Shown here: in pieces, positions 59,269-64,000 of the stretch | Position numbering within the stretch: the first letter of the stretch is position 1 | Layout: the number at the start of each line of letters is the position of its first letter | Assembly (NCBI GenBank): GCA_037925075.1 | Contig: JAXSNR010000001.1 | Location: forward strand, 1-64,000 | DNA: 64,000 bases | From: Aquificaceae bacterium | Lineage (GTDB): Bacteria; Aquificota; Aquificia; Aquificales; Aquificaceae | Direction: 5' to 3' | Program-made: the position numbers and the translations under genes | The notes under the pieces: generated by a model | Told to the model about the DNA's origin: nothing | The model's database searches: none | What the model saw: the letters and a program-made list of their open reading frames with translations, nothing else

Positions 59269-61338
59269 TTAAAATTGGTAGCTGGCACTCAAATATAAGC
59301 TTCTTCCCGGCTCGGGAACCTTTACTCCCGTCGCAAAGGGATTTCTTACATAAGAGAGGTGTTCGTAGTACTTTTTGTCAAAGAGGTTTTCTACACCTAA
59401 GTTTAGTGTAAGGTTAGCAATGCTTACTCCAGCCTTTAGATTAACAATGCCCCAGCCCGAGGTTTTTTGTTCTCCAAGGTCTGAATCCACCTTGCTTTGA
59501 GTGGAGGTTGCTATGGTCTCTGCCTCCACAAACCATATGCCCGTGTCGTACCTTACTCCAAGCCTACCTCTCAAAGGTGGCACCTCCGCCACATCCTTGT
59601 CGTTGATGTTTATGTCTGGCTTTTTGTCTTTTCTGCCTTCTACGTAGCTTGCACCGGCAAACAAGAATAGGTTTTTCCAAAGGTTGTAGGTGGAGCTTAG
59701 CTCAAAGCCCCAAAAGCGGGCATCCACGTTGGCATAGGTCTGAGCCATCCCACCAGAGGGAGCGACCATTGGTATAGGATTGACTACTGGCTTTTTATTT
59801 ACCGTTATGTAGTCCTGCACATAGCTAACAAAGACAGTAGCCTTTGCAATGGACTTTTGGGTTTGATGTTTAATTCCAAGGTCAAGCTCAAGGTTTTTGG
59901 AGGGCTTTAGCTGAGGATTACCAACCCACGCACAGAAAGTGTTGTTTTGTTGTGGATTGCACATCATAGCCCTATTTAGAGCAAAATACCTTTCCTGAGG
60001 GTCTGGCACTCTTACCGCATAGCCAAGTCCCGCAAAGAGTTCCACTCCAGAAGATAGGTCATAAAAGAGCTGAAGATTTCCGGAAGGGTATGTATCACTT
60101 TTTGAGGTGCTTCTGGTGTTGTGGTACGCATAGTAAAGGTCTGTGTTTGCCTTAGAAGAGTCCGCTTCGCTCTTTGTAGTATCAAGCCTTATTCCTGCAA
60201 CCATTCTAAGGTTTTGGCTTATGGTCCTTTTGTACTCTCCGTACATGCCAAAGCTTGTTATATCCACATCTGGGATAATAAACTGCCTGCCATAGGCTTG
60301 AGCCATCTGATTCCACATGTAATTTACCGCATCCCAGTTTCTCTTGTAGGCTTCAAAGCCAAGGGTGAGGTCAGAAATCTTTGCTTCTATTCTTCCCCCG
60401 TAGGTCTTTGTTTGGGCGTCGGTAGCCATGGAGTAGGGTCCTGATGGCTGACCGCTAAAGGTTCTGTATCTGTTGTCCATCCAGTGGTCCACCTTTGTGT
60501 AGTAGAGCTGGAATTCAAGGGATTTTATGAGGTCTGAGATTTTACCAATCTTGTAGTTTAGGTTAAACCTGTCCGTCTTGTCGTATATGGCATCCATCAT
60601 AAGTGCGGGATAGAGCACATGTCTTGCGTCCTGCTTTGTGTAGCCTACTTCAAACTCGTGGTTTTCCAAAGGTTTAAAGCCAAGCTTTGCCCAGTAGGTG
60701 TTTATCTCAAAGGCTTTGGAATTCTTAAATTGAGGTTTGTAGTTGGCATACTCGGTTATTTTCTTTCCATCTCCATCCTCATAGGGCTTGGAATACTTGT
60801 AGGAATATCCAAAAAGGCTGTAGAACCTTTCATCTCTGTAGGAAATCACAGGCGAGAAGTTTCTAAAGTCAAAGGATCCAAGGGTTGCGTTAAGCTTTAG
60901 CCTAAAGCCTTTCTCTGGCTTTTTGGTTATTATATTGACAAGCCCTCCGAGAGAGCCCTGATGCCTTATATCAAAGGGACCTTTTGTGATATCTATCTTT
61001 TCCACTTCGGAAAAATCCACATGAAAGGCGGGTGGGTCCATCCTGTTAGGACATGCCCCATGAACCTCCGAATCATCAATAAGCACGTTTATGTTGTCCC
61101 TCTGAAAGGCACGAATTAGCACATCGTTGGCTATCCCAGCCTTTCTGAATTTGTGAAGCCCTTCAATCTTTGTGAGTGCGTCTCCCACATCTTTGGCAAA
61201 GGATTCTCTTACCTCTCTTATCTCAAGGCTGTCCTTAAAGGTTTCCCTTTTGCCCTTTACTTCCACCTCTTTAAGTAAAAGCTCCTGAGCTAAAACTGGA
61301 AAGCTAAAGACCGCACCAAGCAGAAGAAATTTTCTCAT
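59269..61338 (-). CDS. TonB-dependent copper receptor (OprC/NosA-like)
   Basis: Signal peptide, plug with GACPNRMDPP (CxxxM), HWMDN (HxM), C-terminal NLFDK.Y..H..PGR...Y.F. Confidence 0.85.
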   Translation of the reverse strand: MRKFLLLGAVFSFPVLAQELLLKEVEVKGKRETFKDSLEIREVRESFAKDVGDALTKIEGLHKFRKAGIANDVLIRAFQRDNINVLIDDSEVHGACPNRMDPPAFHVDFSEVEKIDITKGPFDIRHQGSLGGLVNIITKKPEKGFRLKLNATLGSFDFRNFSPVISYRDERFYSLFGYSYKYSKPYEDGDGKKITEYANYKPQFKNSKAFEINTYWAKLGFKPLENHEFEVGYTKQDARHVLYPALMMDAIYDKTDRFNLNYKIGKISDLIKSLEFQLYYTKVDHWMDNRYRTFSGQPSGPYSMATDAQTKTYGGRIEAKISDLTLGFEAYKRNWDAVNYMWNQMAQAYGRQFIIPDVDITSFGMYGEYKRTISQNLRMVAGIRLDTTKSEADSSKANTDLYYAYHNTRSTSKSDTYPSGNLQLFYDLSSGVELFAGLGYAVRVPDPQERYFALNRAMMCNPQQNNTFCAWVGNPQLKPSKNLELDLGIKHQTQKSIAKATVFVSYVQDYITVNKKPVVNPIPMVAPSGGMAQTYANVDARFWGFELSSTYNLWKNLFLFAGASYVEGRKDKKPDININDKDVAEVPPLRGRLGVRYDTGIWFVEAETIATSTQSKVDSDLGEQKTSGWGIVNLKAGVSIANLTLNLGVENLFDKKYYEHLSYVRNPFATGVKVPEPGRSLYLSASYQF

Positions 61339-61373
61339 GATTTCACCTCCAATTTAAAGTGGAATTAAAGTAA

Positions 61374-61402
61374 ATAATAACACAGAATATGACCTGTGTC
61401 AA
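61374..61402 (-). promoter_or_regulatory. sigma70 promoter of the TonB receptor with an inverted repeat in the spacer
   Basis: TTGACA, 17 bp, TATTAT; ACACAG-N8-CTGTGT at 61380-61399. Confidence 0.65.
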
Positions 61403-61434
61403 GCTTTGTATGTGAAGTACCTTAGATAGCCTTA

Positions 61435-61941
61435 TTACTTATAGACTTTCCTTCTGAAAATATCCTTTGGGGATACGAGCCTTTCTATGAACACCTTTCC
61501 CTCAAGGTGGTCTATCTCGTGCTGTATCACAACCGCCTCAAAGCCCTCCGTTTCAAATTCTAAAAGTTCTCCCTTCTGGTCAAGAGCCCTTACCTTTATC
61601 CAGTAGTGTCTTTTTACATTGCCCGTGTAGTCTGGGACGCTAAGACAGCCCTCTCTTACCACAAGCTCTCCCTCCGCCTGAACTACTTCGGGGTTTATAA
61701 GCACCATAAGCCCATGGCTAAGCTTGTTTTCTCTGTGTTTGGAGTTGGAGGTATCCACCACTATTATCCTTTTATGGACTCCCACCTGAGGGGACGCTAT
61801 GCCCACACATCCGGGGGAGGCTTTCATGGTATAAACAAGGTCTTCTACAAAGCTTTGTAAATCCTTGTCAAAGGAAACCACCTCAAGGGAGGGGATCTTA
61901 AGCCTTTCGTCGGGGTAGGTTATTATGGGTAGCTTTCTCAT
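61435..61941 (-). CDS. def: peptide deformylase
   Basis: VGIASPQVG, EGCLSVP, QHEIDHL.G. Confidence 0.94.
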   Translation of the reverse strand: MRKLPIITYPDERLKIPSLEVVSFDKDLQSFVEDLVYTMKASPGCVGIASPQVGVHKRIIVVDTSNSKHRENKLSHGLMVLINPEVVQAEGELVVREGCLSVPDYTGNVKRHYWIKVRALDQKGELLEFETEGFEAVVIQHEIDHLEGKVFIERLVSPKDIFRRKVYK

Positions 61942-62456
61942 AACCTTTCCTCTTCTTCTCTCTCCACGCTTATATCAACGCCCAAAGAGTCCCTTAGTTT
62001 CTCAAGTTCAAGCCTTAGCGTGCCTTCCATATCTTCCTTACCTTCCGCCTCTATAACCATCACATAAAGGCTTCCCCTCTTTTCTGTCCTGAGGTCGCTT
62101 ATGTTTAGTCCAAGCTTGGCAAGGGCTGACGCAACTCCATAAACTATGCCCGGCTTGTCGGAGCCAAAAACCACAATCCTATAAAGAGCCTCCGCCTGAG
62201 GATATACCACCTCTTCCAGTTCCCTGCATACCATAAAAAGCTCGTAGCTTTGTCCCACCTGTTGAAGATTTTGAAGTATGTCTTCCGCGGTTATGTCCCT
62301 TTCGGAGGATATTATTAGCATTATGGTAAATTCACCGTTTAGCCTTGTCATGGAAGAGTCCTCAAGGTTAAGCCCCATCTCATAAAGAGCCTTTGAAACT
62401 CCCGCGACTATGCCCGGCCTGTCTTTGCCGAAAAGGGAAAGGATAAAAAACTTCAT
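61938..62456 (-). CDS. tandem ACT domain protein (GcvR-like)
   Basis: G.DRPGIVA.VS..L...G.NLEDSSM and G.DKPGIV..V...LA..GLNI.DL. Confidence 0.85.
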   Translation of the reverse strand: MKFFILSLFGKDRPGIVAGVSKALYEMGLNLEDSSMTRLNGEFTIMLIISSERDITAEDILQNLQQVGQSYELFMVCRELEEVVYPQAEALYRIVVFGSDKPGIVYGVASALAKLGLNISDLRTEKRGSLYVMVIEAEGKEDMEGTLRLELEKLRDSLGVDISVEREEEERL

Positions 62457-62470
62457 GCTAAGATTTTAAT

Positions 62471-62782
62471 ATGGAAGAGCTCGAATTTCATATATCTGAG
62501 GTGGCAAAAATACTGGGTCTTGCACAGCCCATGGGTTTTATGCTTTCCTATGAGTTTGGAGACATATGGATAGACATCTATCTTGAAAAGACTTCAGAGG
62601 GGTGGTCTGGTAGGACATACACTATAAGCGTTCCCAAGGTAAAGGCGGACAAACTCAAAAGGCTTGTGGAAAGCATAGGGGGTTCATCCGAGGAGGTTAT
62701 GTCAGATTCCGACAGGGCTTATGTGAGCCTTTCTTACGAAGACTGGGAATCCGCAAGCCCTGTTATAATGAGCTTACTATGA
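62471..62782 (+). CDS. hypothetical protein
   Basis: 103-aa ORF translationally coupled to the next gene. Confidence 0.7.
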   Translation: MEELEFHISEVAKILGLAQPMGFMLSYEFGDIWIDIYLEKTSEGWSGRTYTISVPKVKADKLKRLVESIGGSSEEVMSDSDRAYVSLSYEDWESASPVIMSLL

Positions 62783-63657
62783 GGGTTGGCTTTATAGGAC
62801 TTGGAAGCTTGGGAAAGGCTATAGCGAAAAGACTTTTAGAACAAGGCGTGGAGCTTTTAGTATGGAACAGGACAAAGGAAAAGGCTTTTGAATTGGGTCT
62901 TCCTGTGGCAAACAGCCCTGCGGAGCTAATAAAAGAAGTGGATAGGGTCTTTCTTATAGTTTTTGACTCTCAGGCTTCTGAGGAGGTGATCTTTGGTAAA
63001 GATGGGTTGGTCATGGGTGGAATTGAGGGGAAAACCGTAATAGATATGACCACAAACCACTACGCCTATGCCCGTATGGCTTACGAGGAGTTAAAAAAAC
63101 TTGGTGCCTACTACCTTGATGCTCCAATACTTGGAAGCGTGGTGCCAGCCCAAAGGGGTGAGCTAACAGTCCTTGTGGGGGGAGACAGAGAAAAGTTTGA
63201 AGAGAATAAGCCCATATTTGAAAAGTTCTGTAAAAACATCTTTTATGTGGGTAAGGCTGGGGATGCCAGTAGGCTAAAACTTATAAACAACATGGTACTT
63301 GGTGGCTTTATGCAAGTGCTTTCCGAAGCCATAGCCATCGGGGAGCTTGCGGGCTTTGACAGGGAGCTTCTAATACAGGTCCTTGAAAGTGGTGCGGGGA
63401 AATCTTACCTTTTGGAGGTGAAAAGGAAAAAGCTTCTTGAAAGGGACTATTCGGTGCATTTTTCCGTGGACCTTATACACAAGGACCTTCATTATGCGGA
63501 GGATATGATAAAGAACTTGGGAGCCTTTAGTTTTTCTGTACAAAATGTGAAAAATGCCTATGCCCTTGCAAAGTATTTAGGAATGGGGGGAGAGGACTTT
63601 TCGGTCCTCGTAGAGTTGTATAAAAGGCTCAAAGCTCAAAGTCCCTCAGATACTTAG
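62779..63657 (+). CDS. NAD(P)-dependent beta-hydroxyacid dehydrogenase (3-hydroxyisobutyrate dehydrogenase family)
   Basis: GFIGLG.LG, WNRT, DAP..GS...A..G.L...GG, KL.NN, KDL.YA. Confidence 0.9.
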   Translation: MRVGFIGLGSLGKAIAKRLLEQGVELLVWNRTKEKAFELGLPVANSPAELIKEVDRVFLIVFDSQASEEVIFGKDGLVMGGIEGKTVIDMTTNHYAYARMAYEELKKLGAYYLDAPILGSVVPAQRGELTVLVGGDREKFEENKPIFEKFCKNIFYVGKAGDASRLKLINNMVLGGFMQVLSEAIAIGELAGFDRELLIQVLESGAGKSYLLEVKRKKLLERDYSVHFSVDLIHKDLHYAEDMIKNLGAFSFSVQNVKNAYALAKYLGMGGEDFSVLVELYKRLKAQSPSDT

Positions 63658-64000
63658 CCCTTGCGGGGTGCCTTAGCTTTCTTATGGCTTTTGTTTCAAG
63701 CTGTCTTATCCTCTCCCTTGTTACGTTAAACATCTTTCCTATCTGTTCAAGGGTGTATTCTATACCATCCACAAGGCCATATCTGTACATGAGTATTTCC
63801 TTTTCCTTTTCTCCAAGAGTGCTAAGCACCTTTATAAGCTGTTCTCTAAGAAGCTTTCTTGAAACCTGCTCCTCTGGGGATGGCACGCTCTTGTCCTCTA
63901 TGAAGTCCCTTAGGTGGGTTTCTTCGTCATCTCCTATGGGTGTTTCAAGGGATATAGGCTCTTGGGAGACTCTCATCACCTTTCTTGCCTTCTCTGGTGA
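63629..64000 (-). CDS. rpoD: RNA polymerase primary sigma factor, 3' part (regions 3.2-4)
   Basis: SQEPISLETPIG, L.DFIED, TLEQIG..FNVTRERIRQ.E.KAIRKLRHP; runs off the window end. Confidence 0.93.
   Translation of the reverse strand, partial: SPEKARKVMRVSQEPISLETPIGDDEETHLRDFIEDKSVPSPEEQVSRKLLREQLIKVLSTLGEKEKEILMYRYGLVDGIEYTLEQIGKMFNVTRERIRQLETKAIRKLRHPARAKYLRDFEL

Overview
Dense chromosomal window from a thermophilic Aquificota bacterium, most likely Aquificaceae (Hydrogenobacter/Thermocrinis-like). The taxonomic call is inferred from the 16S 5' end, reverse gyrase, a cytochrome c552 close to the Hydrogenobacter protein, and norCB. It begins in the 5' end and leader of an rRNA operon (minus strand, three tandem sigma70 promoters) and ends in the 3' part of rpoD. 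Most of the window is housekeeping genes plus a tRNA-Lys(CTT). I saw no CRISPR array, IS element or prophage. Most notable: (1) a GC-rich ~95-nt 5' leader of htpX with three mutually crossing helices (ABCA'B'C' topology) that I cannot assign to a known RNA family; (2) a candidate light/photo-oxidative stress module at 52.4-59.2 kb (phytoene-desaturase-family oxidoreductase, LytS-type kinase, an unannotated 33-aa membrane protein, flavin reductase, DUF454, HemJ-like protein, photolyase, LytTR regulator) whose two promoter regions share an exact 12-mer; (3) symmetric bidirectional, apparently leaderless promoters; (4) three apparently damaged genes (HEPN toxin with internal deletions, Uma2 with a nonsense codon, coiled-coil gene with ATA in place of ATG); (5) lpxK ending inside the tRNA-Lys anticodon loop; (6) candidate copper-sensing regulator and operator elements. 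All family assignments are by motif recognition; no database searches were run.
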